Below, one piece after another: positions 28,234 to 37,164 of a stretch of 64,000 nt of DNA. A program made the position numbers and the translations under genes. Numbering within the stretch: the first letter of the stretch is position 1; the number at the start of each line of letters is the position of its first letter. The notes below the pieces were generated by a model. It was not told where the DNA came from, searched no databases, and saw nothing but the letters and a program-made list of their open reading frames with translations. Origin of the DNA: Bacteriovoracaceae bacterium (GTDB taxonomy: Bacteria > Bdellovibrionota > Bacteriovoracia > Bacteriovoracales > Bacteriovoracaceae); the NCBI GenBank assembly GCA_035576105.1, contig DATLXA010000067.1, forward strand, positions 205,082 to 269,081, given 5' to 3'.

Positions 28234-28895
28234 ATCTGCCGGTCTTCCGGAGATCCACTCTCCGGGGTCTCACCCGCGAAGAGGATCAGGAACTCATCGG
28301 CGGCGATGACCCCCAGGTGTTCCTTCGCAAGTTGCTTCTGGTAGCCCTTATCGATCTGGATGCGGCCGATCTCCGCTTTGATGGATTTATTTTCTTTCTG
28401 CAGGGATGAGAGCTCTTCTTTCTTTCCCTTGATGACGTTCTCAGTGGCGAACCAGTCCCACACACCACGGTCCATAAAGATCAACCGTAGCACCAGCAGG
28501 CCGATGACGGCCCAGCCGATCTTCGGGAGGATGTGAGTTTTAGACTTTGCGTTTTTTTTCGGGGATGAGCGTGCTGGCCTCTTCTCGACCTCTTCTTCCG
28601 TTTCTTCTTCTTCTTCGTCCTCATCCAGGTACTCGATCTGAGTCTGGGAGAGCTCGCTCGGGCGGTGCTCGATCATCTCGGTGTTATCCACCTGTCCGAC
28701 GGACCGTCTGGTAGCGGTGGTTTCGAACACCGCCGGTGGGGCACTGGAGTTGGTAGCGAAGGGACGGTTGAAAACATCTTTTCTGGTGCGGAGACGCTCT
28801 GGCCGTGGTGCTGCCTTCCGGGAAGATTTGGGAGCATAGGGGGATTCGACCTCTTCATACTCTTCAACAGACGAACGATTCATTCTTAAATCCAC
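28230..28895 (-). CDS. Septum formation initiator (FtsB/DivIC-like) with long N-terminal extension
   Basis: TM followed by a coiled coil and KQLAKEHLGVIAADEFLI. Confidence 0.75.
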   Translation of the reverse strand: MDLRMNRSSVEEYEEVESPYAPKSSRKAAPRPERLRTRKDVFNRPFATNSSAPPAVFETTATRRSVGQVDNTEMIEHRPSELSQTQIEYLDEDEEEEETEEEVEKRPARSSPKKNAKSKTHILPKIGWAVIGLLVLRLIFMDRGVWDWFATENVIKGKKEELSSLQKENKSIKAEIGRIQIDKGYQKQLAKEHLGVIAADEFLILFAGETPESGSPEDRQI

Positions 28896-28920
28896 TTAAA
28901 ATACATCCTGTATTTTGAGC

Positions 28921-28979
28921 ATGGCCTGCCCAGTTAAAATTGATTCATTTAATTATTCAATTTTACATGGACAGGCCAT
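28921..28979. repeat. Intergenic imperfect inverted repeat (23-nt arms)
   Basis: ATGGCCTGCCCAGTTAAAATTGA / TCAATTTTACATGGACAGGCCAT; 20 of 23 positions pair; 13-nt loop. Confidence 0.75.
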
Positions 28980-29028
28980 TATCTACAATAAGCTTAAGCG
29001 AAGAAGATTTTTCCTCATCGGCGCGGGA

Positions 29029-30756
29029 CTAGTAGCCACCGCCACGGGAAGAACCGAAGGACCGACTGCCCCCACGGCTCGGCCCGCTGCCGTATCCGCC
29101 GCGGCCACGGTAACCGCCGCCCCCCCCGCCGCTGCGGCTTCCGCCGCCGTATCCGATCGGCGCGGTGGCAAGCTCGATGCTCACTCTCCGGTTTCCGAAC
29201 ATCTCACCTTTGAGTCCCATGATGGCGTCGGTCGCCTGCACTGGAGCTTCTAGGAACGCGAACTTCTCTTTGGTTTCGATCCGACCGATGTCACGGCCCG
29301 GGACGCCGGTGGCTTCGGAGATGAACTTGATCAGGTCGCCCGAAGTCGCGCCGTCCATCGTTCCGAGATTGATGAAGAATCTCTGCATCCCAGCGGTGGC
29401 ACGCACTCCTCCTCTATCTCCTCCGGACCGGCTGGCCACGTCGATTTCCTGAGCTTTCTGGTAGCGCTTGAGAGTGTTTTCGAACATGAAGCCGTAGATC
29501 CCCTTCACCAGTTCTTCCTTTTCGATGTTGGCGAACTTGGCCTTGAAGGAATCATAGTGGAGTACTTCCTCGTCTTTAAACGCTTTGATGAGGTCCGTGA
29601 ACCTGGTCATGGATTTCACCAGAATCTTCTCCCGGATTTCGTTAACCACCGGGAGCTGGATCCGCTCGATCTTCGCCCTGGTGATCCGTTCGATCTGGCC
29701 GACTCTTGAGAGTTCGTTCGGCTCGACGATGGACAGAGATATCCCTTTCGAACCGCCGCGGCCAGTCCGGCCGATCCGGTGAACGTAGGCTTCGTTATCC
29801 TGTGGCAATCCGAAGTTGATGACGTGGGTGAGGTTGTTGACGTCGATCCCACGGGCCGCGACGTCGGTGCAGACCAGAAGTGTGATCTTCTTCTCTTTGA
29901 ACTTCTTCATGGTCATGTCTCTCGAGGCCTGGTCCATGTCTCCGTGGAGGGCGTCCGTCGGGTACCCTCGGGCGTTGAGCTCGTCGGTGAGTTCCTTGGC
30001 GCCGATCTTCGTCTTGGTGAAGATGATGGCGTACATGGCCTCGGAGAAATCCATGAACCGGCAGAGCGCTTCGATTTGATTTTCTCTCCGGACCACCACC
30101 AGTTTCTGGTCTACGGATTCTGCGGTGAGGGCTTTTTTGGTTACTCGCACGGTCACCGGATTCGAGAACTGCTCGTTGACCATATTAGTGATCGGACCCG
30201 GCATGGTCGCCGAGAACATCCAGATTCTTTTTTCCGGAACTTGGGCCAGGATCGCCGTCACGTCCTCGAAGAACCCCATGTCGAGCATCTCATCGGCTTC
30301 GTCCAGGATCACGAACTTGGTCGCTTCGAACCGGAGCACGCCGCGGTCGATGAGGTCCATCACCCGGCCCGGAGTTCCGGCGACGATCTGTGGCCGCTTC
30401 GATTTAAAATCTTTGATCTGCAGGCCCACCGAGGTTCCACCGTAGACGGCCATGGACCGGATCGGTTCGAAGCTCGAGAGCTTCTGGATCTCTTCGTTGA
30501 TCTGGTTGGCGAGCTCCCGGGTCGGAGCGAGGATGATCGCCTGCAGTGCCGGCGACTTGAAATCCAATTTTTCGAGGAGCGGGAGAACGAAAGCCGCGGT
30601 CTTCCCGGAGCCCGTCTGCGCCTGGCCGATGAAATCCACGTCTCCTTTCAGAAGGACCGGGATCGCCTGAACCTGGATCTCCGAGGGGGTCTCGTAACCC
30701 ATTTTGGTAATAGCTTTGAGTGAAGACTCTTTGAGTCCCAGTGCAAGAAATGACAT
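29029..30756 (-). CDS. deaD: DEAD-box RNA helicase (DeaD/CsdA type)
   Basis: AQTGSGKT, PTRELA, LDEADEML, SAT, HRIGRTGR; DbpA-type C-terminal domain and RGG tail. Confidence 0.88.
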   Translation of the reverse strand: MSFLALGLKESSLKAITKMGYETPSEIQVQAIPVLLKGDVDFIGQAQTGSGKTAAFVLPLLEKLDFKSPALQAIILAPTRELANQINEEIQKLSSFEPIRSMAVYGGTSVGLQIKDFKSKRPQIVAGTPGRVMDLIDRGVLRFEATKFVILDEADEMLDMGFFEDVTAILAQVPEKRIWMFSATMPGPITNMVNEQFSNPVTVRVTKKALTAESVDQKLVVVRRENQIEALCRFMDFSEAMYAIIFTKTKIGAKELTDELNARGYPTDALHGDMDQASRDMTMKKFKEKKITLLVCTDVAARGIDVNNLTHVINFGLPQDNEAYVHRIGRTGRGGSKGISLSIVEPNELSRVGQIERITRAKIERIQLPVVNEIREKILVKSMTRFTDLIKAFKDEEVLHYDSFKAKFANIEKEELVKGIYGFMFENTLKRYQKAQEIDVASRSGGDRGGVRATAGMQRFFINLGTMDGATSGDLIKFISEATGVPGRDIGRIETKEKFAFLEAPVQATDAIMGLKGEMFGNRRVSIELATAPIGYGGGSRSGGGGGGYRGRGGYGSGPSRGGSRSFGSSRGGGY

Positions 30757-31062
30757 ACGCTTTCTCCTTTAGAGAAAAATAAATATTATGCGCTTTTTTT
30801 GAATGTGAGAGACAGTGTCTATGGTCTCAACGACCCTGAGAACCACTTAGACCTAACGACAGAAGATCCGGGTGGGAACAAGGCTACAAAATGACGGCTG
30901 CACACTAGATAGCATATCTTGAGGTAGAATGTAAAACACGCGTTAAGAAGATTCTAACTTCAGACAAACACTCTAGTATTCAACGGCTTGAGGCCCAAGG
31001 GATATTAATTACCTAGGTAGAAATCTATTGTGCATTTTCAGAACTATCTTAAGCTTGTGGCT

Positions 31063-31368
31063 ATGAGACTTCATTTGATAAGACTCCTGGCCCTGATGAT
31101 CGCCATCACATCTACTGTTTATAAACGGCAGGGCACGGACTTATCTTTTGACCAAATGGAGACGCTCTCGCAGCTTCCGGTGTTTGATCTGCCGCTGTCC
31201 AGGGCAGTAGAAAGTAAACCGAGCTCGAAGCAAAACCTGGTGGTACTTGCGTTTAACCCCCTCGCCCTTCAGGCAGATGTCAGCTACCAGGTCCACGAGC
31301 ACCAGCACGACTACTACCTTCCTCTCTACCGGCTCCACAGGCAAAAAGAATACTTCCTTTTGATCTAA
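31063..31368 (+). CDS. Small hypothetical protein heading the transporter operon
   Basis: Hydrophobic N-terminus, HEHQH patch; 46 bp upstream of the symporter; start uncertain (31030 or 31063). Confidence 0.45.
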   Translation: MRLHLIRLLALMIAITSTVYKRQGTDLSFDQMETLSQLPVFDLPLSRAVESKPSSKQNLVVLAFNPLALQADVSYQVHEHQHDYYLPLYRLHRQKEYFLLI

Positions 31369-31414
31369 GTTGATCACTCTTAGAATTAAGAGAATCACTC
31401 ATCAAGGAAGATTT

Positions 31415-32920
31415 ATGCAACTCAGTCCAATGGACGTGGGCGTGGTCGTCGCCTACATTGTTCTTATATTTTTTATCGCCTTCAACGCGAATCTCTTCAT
31501 GCGCAAGCACTACCTGGCGAAGAGAAAGGACGGTCTGAAGGCTATCGAGAATCACTATCTCGCGGGGAGAAGCATCACGTTCCCAGAAGCGCTCCTCTCC
31601 ATCATCGCCACCGAGTTTTCGGCGATGGCCTTCCTGATCCTTCCGTCGTACGTGTACTTCGAAAACCTCAGCTACGTCCGATTCATTCTCGGAGCGTGCC
31701 TCAGCCGTTGGCTCATTTCCTATTACTTCATCCCGATGTTGTACGGCAAAGGGGTCACCATCTTCGAGATCCTCGCCCGAGGGATCCACAACTACCCTGA
31801 AATCCGCAAAGATGGACAGAACGGTAAAAAAACGTTCGCCATGTTCTACATCTTCACTAAGATCGTGGGAGTGAGTGTAAAACTGCTTGGTGGAGCGATC
31901 CTGATCTCCGAGTTCTTCGACACCCCTCTCTTCGGGTCCATCGTGATGATCGCGCTGATGACCTACCTCTATATTATCTTGGGAGGGCTCAAAGCCGTGG
32001 TCCGGACGGACATGCTCCAGGCCACCATCTTCATCCTCGGCGGGGTCATGGCCCACTACGCTGTTGGAAAGATGAGTAACCTGTCCTGGGGTGAACTGGT
32101 GAGCTTCGGTTACGATCATGGGAAATTCAGTCTCTGGAACAAAGAGATAGGTCCCTTGAGTTTTTTCTACGGCATCATCGCCGGCATCGCCTACGACGCT
32201 TCAACTCACGGGGTGGACCAGGACCTGATCCAAAAATTCCTCGGGGCCAAAGATGTCAAGACCGCTCGGCGTGCGCTCGGTTGGTCGGCCCTCTGTTCGC
32301 TGATGGTGAACATTCTCTTCCTGAGCCTCGGCGTGATCATCTGGTCTTACTACACCAAGCATGGCCAGCCGATCCCGAAGCCGGAGAAGATCTTCTCGTA
32401 CCTGATCGAGAACCATTTTCCGACGCCGCTCAAGGGGTTGATGGTCGCGAGCATCCTCGCCGCCTGTATGTCCACACTCGACTCCTCGATCAACGCCATG
32501 AGCTCGGTGTTCTGGAACGACCTGATGGCGAGCCAGCGCTCCAAGCTCTTCCGGGTGTACATCAATCTAGATAACTTCATCATCACCGTCTCCATCGTGG
32601 TATTCGCCCACCTTATCTCACTGGTGCCAGGGGCGATGAAGCTCGGGATCCACTTTGCGTATCTCTCGACGGCGCCGCTGCTCTCTTTCTTCCTGTGCCG
32701 GATGCTGCTCTCAAAGTACATCAAGATTACCTTCTCTTCGACCTTGATCGTACTCAGTGTCTTCACTTGTTTCCTGGGAATGGCCTTGAATCATTTCCGC
32801 TTCGGATTCAATCCACAGCTGACGATCATGGTCGGGATCATCACCACCATTTCTTTCATGTGGTTGTATTCGCTGATCACCAACTTCTCAAATACCCCAA
32901 AAGAGAATACCTATGAGTAG
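31415..32920 (+). CDS. Sodium:solute symporter (SSS/SLC5 family)
   Basis: HYLAGRS, SIIATEFSA, GGLKAVVRTDMLQ, DQDLIQKFL, ILAACMSTLDSSINA; many TMs. Confidence 0.92.
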   Translation: MQLSPMDVGVVVAYIVLIFFIAFNANLFMRKHYLAKRKDGLKAIENHYLAGRSITFPEALLSIIATEFSAMAFLILPSYVYFENLSYVRFILGACLSRWLISYYFIPMLYGKGVTIFEILARGIHNYPEIRKDGQNGKKTFAMFYIFTKIVGVSVKLLGGAILISEFFDTPLFGSIVMIALMTYLYIILGGLKAVVRTDMLQATIFILGGVMAHYAVGKMSNLSWGELVSFGYDHGKFSLWNKEIGPLSFFYGIIAGIAYDASTHGVDQDLIQKFLGAKDVKTARRALGWSALCSLMVNILFLSLGVIIWSYYTKHGQPIPKPEKIFSYLIENHFPTPLKGLMVASILAACMSTLDSSINAMSSVFWNDLMASQRSKLFRVYINLDNFIITVSIVVFAHLISLVPGAMKLGIHFAYLSTAPLLSFFLCRMLLSKYIKITFSSTLIVLSVFTCFLGMALNHFRFGFNPQLTIMVGIITTISFMWLYSLITNFSNTPKENTYE

Positions 32921-34631
32921 AAAACTCCAGTTCCATCTAAAGTCAGATGACCTGATAAAATCGGGAGAGCGGTTCCGGGATCTCCTGAAACTGATGACCA
33001 AGCCGGAGACCGGCTTCATCAAGGCCATCGTCATCAACACCCTCGCCGTTAGCTTCTTGAGCCTCGGCGTTCCGCTTGCCATTCAGATGATCATCAATAA
33101 CATCGGCGTCCGCACTATGACCCAGCCGCTGGTGGTTTTATGCCTGCTGCTGTTCTTCATCCTCTCCTGCAGCGGCACGCTCCAGGCCATCCAGACCTAC
33201 ACCGTCGAGATCCTTCAGCGCAGACTCTTCGTGCGCTACGGGTTGATCATCGGAGAGCGACTCACCTCGTTCCAGGACAAGTACTACAAGGAGTCGAACT
33301 CTCCGGATCTGATAAACCGCTACTTCGACATCATGATCATACAGTCGAGTATGGTGACCTTCTTCGTTAATGGCTTCGGTTTCATCATCCAGTTTCTCAT
33401 CGGGTTCACTCTCTTGGCCTTCTACCACCCGTACTTCCTGGGATTCGCGGGCTTGATGGGACTGTTCCTTTTTCTCAACTGGATGCTCTTCGGGCCCGAC
33501 GGGGTGAAGGCCGGGTCTCCGGAGGCTGACGGAAAGTACAATGTGGTCAGCTGGGTCGAGGAGATGAGCCGGGTGCGCAACCTCTTCACCTCAGATAACG
33601 GAAAGGATTTCTCATCGGCCAAGATCAACACGCTCTTCAACCGGTGGCTGCAGGTCCGGAGCAACCTCTTTAACTTTCAGTTCCGACAGCACATCGGACT
33701 CCAGATTTTCGGCGTGGTCATGAACGTCATTCTACTCGGCATGGGAGGCTTCCTGGTTCTCAAGGGGGAGCTTAGCGCCGGGCAACTGGTCGCGGCCGCA
33801 CTTGTCGTCAATAGCATCATCGCAGGACTTCCCAATCTCCAGAACTTCTTCTTCAGCGTCTACAACTACAGCACCGCTCTCGACATGGTGGCACGCTTCT
33901 ACGACTACCCGATCGAACCGTCCACCGAAGGGCTGGCCACGCCAAAGAAGTACGACTTTAGTTTCCACAACCTGACTTTCGAGCCCAACTACAAGTTCAA
34001 CTTCGAGTTTAAGGATCAGACCAAGAACCTCATCTTCGTCAAGAGCTTCTCGTCCATGGATCTGATCTACAACTCGCTGATGGGATTTAGCGAATACAAG
34101 GAAGGCCACGTGAATTACGACGGGCTGATGCTTGAAGACATCGACCTCGGGGAGATCCGGAACCACATCCAGATCATCAAGACTAACCAGTTTTTCTCCG
34201 GAACCGTGCTTGAGAACCTGACCGGAATCGGGAACCGGAAGAACTTCACCCTGACCGAAATCTACCAGATCCTGGAGAGGGTGGGACTTCTGGAGAACAT
34301 CGAGAAGCTGCCGCTCAAGCTCCAGACCGTCATCAAGCCCAATGGCTTCCCCCTGACGATGTCCCAGAACCTGGCACTTCAGGTGGCCCGGGCCCTGCTC
34401 CAGCCTCCGAAGATTCTACTGGTGACCCCGGACTTCGAACTGATCTCGACTTTCAAGCGAAAGCTCATCTACCAGGAACTCATCAGTCCGGACAGTAAGT
34501 GGACGCTGCTTTTCTTCACCCAACGGTTCTACAAGGGAGGCTTCGACCGCCGACTGGTGCTCGAGCGCTCGGCACAGAGAGTGCTCTCCGGTGAAGCAGA
34601 ACTACTCAAGGAGATTGAAAACCATGGCTGA
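32913..34631 (+). CDS. Type I secretion-type ABC half-transporter with degenerate NBD
   Basis: ABC transmembrane domain (GELSAGQLVAA); NBD-like C-terminus with FSGTVLEN and VARALL but no intact Walker A/B, signature or H-loop. Confidence 0.8.
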   Translation: MSRKLQFHLKSDDLIKSGERFRDLLKLMTKPETGFIKAIVINTLAVSFLSLGVPLAIQMIINNIGVRTMTQPLVVLCLLLFFILSCSGTLQAIQTYTVEILQRRLFVRYGLIIGERLTSFQDKYYKESNSPDLINRYFDIMIIQSSMVTFFVNGFGFIIQFLIGFTLLAFYHPYFLGFAGLMGLFLFLNWMLFGPDGVKAGSPEADGKYNVVSWVEEMSRVRNLFTSDNGKDFSSAKINTLFNRWLQVRSNLFNFQFRQHIGLQIFGVVMNVILLGMGGFLVLKGELSAGQLVAAALVVNSIIAGLPNLQNFFFSVYNYSTALDMVARFYDYPIEPSTEGLATPKKYDFSFHNLTFEPNYKFNFEFKDQTKNLIFVKSFSSMDLIYNSLMGFSEYKEGHVNYDGLMLEDIDLGEIRNHIQIIKTNQFFSGTVLENLTGIGNRKNFTLTEIYQILERVGLLENIEKLPLKLQTVIKPNGFPLTMSQNLALQVARALLQPPKILLVTPDFELISTFKRKLIYQELISPDSKWTLLFFTQRFYKGGFDRRLVLERSAQRVLSGEAELLKEIENHG

Positions 34632-35724
34632 GCTACAGAAAAAAAAGACCGATCCGAACACCGCCTACGTGGTGGTGCTCGACACGCAAGAAACCTACGC
34701 GCAGAATGCCCGGGAAATGCTCCATATCCATGACCTGCCAGAAACGTCGAAGTTGATCACCCGGTTGGTGGTAGTGTTCTTCCTTTTCATGCTGATCTTC
34801 CTGATCGCCATCCCCTGGCAGCAGACCTCCGACGGGGCCGGTAAGGTCCTCGCCTACCGGCCCCAGGACCGGGTTCAGAACATCCACGCCACCGTCAACG
34901 GAAGGATTAAACAGTGGTTCGTGAAAGAAGGTTCCTTCGTGAAGATGGGCGACCCCATCATGGAGATCATCGACATCGACCCCAATTATATGGCACGTCT
35001 AGAGGTCGAGAGCAACGCGGTCAAGAGCCAGTACGACGCCGCGGTGGCGGTGGTGAACACAGCGAAGTACGACTACGACCGCCAGAAAGACCTCTATCAA
35101 AATGGTATCAGTTCCCGCAAAGACATGGAGCAGGCGACCATCGCATACAAGAACGCCCAGTCCTCCGAAGCCCAGGCCCTTTCCAATTACACGCAGATCC
35201 AATCGAAGGTCACCCGCCAGCAGAGTCAGCAGGTGAACGCACCTTCCGACGGGACCATCGTGCGCCTGCTCATCGGCACCAGCTCGGTAGTGGTGAACCA
35301 GGGCCAGGTGGTCGCGGTCTTCGTTCCTTTGAGCGACGAACTCTCGGCGCAGATCTTCGTCAAAGGAAATGACTTGCCGCTGGTGCACGACGGAAGAAAA
35401 GTACGCCTCCAGTTCGAAGGCTGGCCCGCGATTCAGTTCTCCGGCTGGCCTTCGGTCGCAGTTGGAACTTTCAGCGGCGTGGTCAGTTTCGTCGACCAGA
35501 CGGCCAACAGTGACGGCCTCTTCCGGGTCATAGTCGTACCCGAGAAAGGGCAGAAGTGGCCCGCCTCCAGATACATCCGGCAAGGGACGAGGGTCAACGG
35601 CTGGATTCTCCTGAACAAGGTCTCTCTGGGCTACGAGCTGTGGCGCCAGTTCAACGGCTTCCCGCCGTCCCTCGAGGCGGCTCCGGGACTTCTAGAGGTC
35701 CCTAACCAAGACATCCCGGAATAA
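34624..35724 (+). CDS. HlyD-family membrane fusion protein
   Basis: TM, GRIKQWFVKEGSFVKMGD lipoyl half-motif, helical hairpin, GRKVRLQFEGWP. Confidence 0.92.
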   Translation: MAELQKKKTDPNTAYVVVLDTQETYAQNAREMLHIHDLPETSKLITRLVVVFFLFMLIFLIAIPWQQTSDGAGKVLAYRPQDRVQNIHATVNGRIKQWFVKEGSFVKMGDPIMEIIDIDPNYMARLEVESNAVKSQYDAAVAVVNTAKYDYDRQKDLYQNGISSRKDMEQATIAYKNAQSSEAQALSNYTQIQSKVTRQQSQQVNAPSDGTIVRLLIGTSSVVVNQGQVVAVFVPLSDELSAQIFVKGNDLPLVHDGRKVRLQFEGWPAIQFSGWPSVAVGTFSGVVSFVDQTANSDGLFRVIVVPEKGQKWPASRYIRQGTRVNGWILLNKVSLGYELWRQFNGFPPSLEAAPGLLEVPNQDIPE

Positions 35725-35726
35725 CT

Positions 35727-37115
35727 ATGAATTACATTTTATTATTTTTGATAACTATTCCTGCCTACGGAGCTCTCTCTGCTTCTAAGGTCAAAGATAG
35801 TGCTTTGAAACATCATCCGTCGATACTTGCGGCACTTGAAAAACTGCGGGCGGGAGAAGAAACCGTTATCAGTGCGAGGGGTGCCTTTGATGCTAGAATT
35901 GTCTCAGACTATAAGAGACAAACAAAACATGACTGGAACACAACTCTATCTCGGACTCAGCTCGAGAAACCGCTACGAGTAGCGAATTCGAAGATCTATG
36001 CTGGAGCTGAGCAGATCAGCAATCCATCGGGGTTCCTTGCTCCGATCTACAACTCCGGGAACCCGATTACACAAACAGGAAACTATTCAATCCTCGGGCT
36101 CCGAGCGTCCTTGTGGAAAAATCTCCTGCTTGATCCTGACCGGGCCGCTCTCGCAGAAGCTAAATACGATGCTAGGATAGCCAGAGCCGAAAAAGAATTA
36201 ACCGTCTTGGACATAGGAAGGTATGGCCAACTTGCGTACTGGGAATGGGTAACGGCTCAAAGGGTAAAAAATACTTATGAAGAACTTCTCCGCAACGGTG
36301 AAATGAGAAATGATTACTTGGTTACTCGCAGTAAGAAAGGTGACATTGCTCAAATCTTAGTAACAGAGAATGAACAGTACGTCGCGAGCCGTAAAGGGTC
36401 TGTTCAAGCCGCGAAAGAGAGACTCCTTCGTGCACAGTTTTCTCTTTCATTATTCCACCGTGATGAGCATGGTGATCCCATTATTCCCAGTTCCACAGAG
36501 AGCTTTGAAGATTACCCAAGCAATCTTGCTGACCTTTTGGCCAATCTTGATCTTAATTCCAACATTGATGAATTGATGAAAAAACGTCCGGACATGCAGA
36601 ACCTAGCTTTGAACGTAAACAAGACTGAAGTTTACCTCGAACTCGCCAAACAAGACCTGAAGCCTCAGGTTGATCTCACGACGGAATATTTTAGAAGAAC
36701 GTTAGCTCATCCGAACATACCTCGTGATTATTTGATGGTGATTGCACAGGTGAACATCCCCATCGAAAGGAACTTAGGCAACGGTAACATCGCGGCTGCT
36801 CGCGCCCGCCGGATGGTGGCACAGAAAGAAATGAGTTTTGGGCAGCAGTCTTATAAGTTTGAAATCATGGCCCTTCGGCAAGCTCTCCAGCTGCAGTTAG
36901 AGCAAGTGGTTCAGTCTGAGATCGTATTCTCAAAGTCAAAAGAACTCGTCGTCTCAGAAACTTATAAATTGAAAACTGGCGGCGGAAACTTGTTCTTGGT
37001 GAACATCCGAGAAGAGGCTCAGGCGAGGGCGCAAGCGTCTTTCCACGAAGCACGTCTTACTTTCATGAATACGTTGCTGAGCTATCAGTCACTGGTGAGC
37101 ACCGTAAATAAGTAA
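35727..37115 (+). CDS. TolC-family outer membrane efflux protein
   Basis: Signal peptide, ALKHHPSI, RPDMQ, AKQDLKPQVDL, YKLKTGGGNLFLVNIRE. Confidence 0.9.
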   Translation: MNYILLFLITIPAYGALSASKVKDSALKHHPSILAALEKLRAGEETVISARGAFDARIVSDYKRQTKHDWNTTLSRTQLEKPLRVANSKIYAGAEQISNPSGFLAPIYNSGNPITQTGNYSILGLRASLWKNLLLDPDRAALAEAKYDARIARAEKELTVLDIGRYGQLAYWEWVTAQRVKNTYEELLRNGEMRNDYLVTRSKKGDIAQILVTENEQYVASRKGSVQAAKERLLRAQFSLSLFHRDEHGDPIIPSSTESFEDYPSNLADLLANLDLNSNIDELMKKRPDMQNLALNVNKTEVYLELAKQDLKPQVDLTTEYFRRTLAHPNIPRDYLMVIAQVNIPIERNLGNGNIAAARARRMVAQKEMSFGQQSYKFEIMALRQALQLQLEQVVQSEIVFSKSKELVVSETYKLKTGGGNLFLVNIREEAQARAQASFHEARLTFMNTLLSYQSLVSTVNK

Positions 37116-37143
37116 AAAAAAAGGCACCGGAAGGTGCCTTTTT
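37116..37143. terminator. Bidirectional Rho-independent terminator
   Basis: A run-GGCACC-ggaa-GGTGCC-T run between convergent genes. Confidence 0.88.
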
Positions 37144-37164
37144 AATAAGTTGAATTAAAAAAAA

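Noticed and set aside
29029-29165. GC-rich CCGCC repeats
   Set aside because: They encode the Gly/Arg tail of the DEAD-box helicase.
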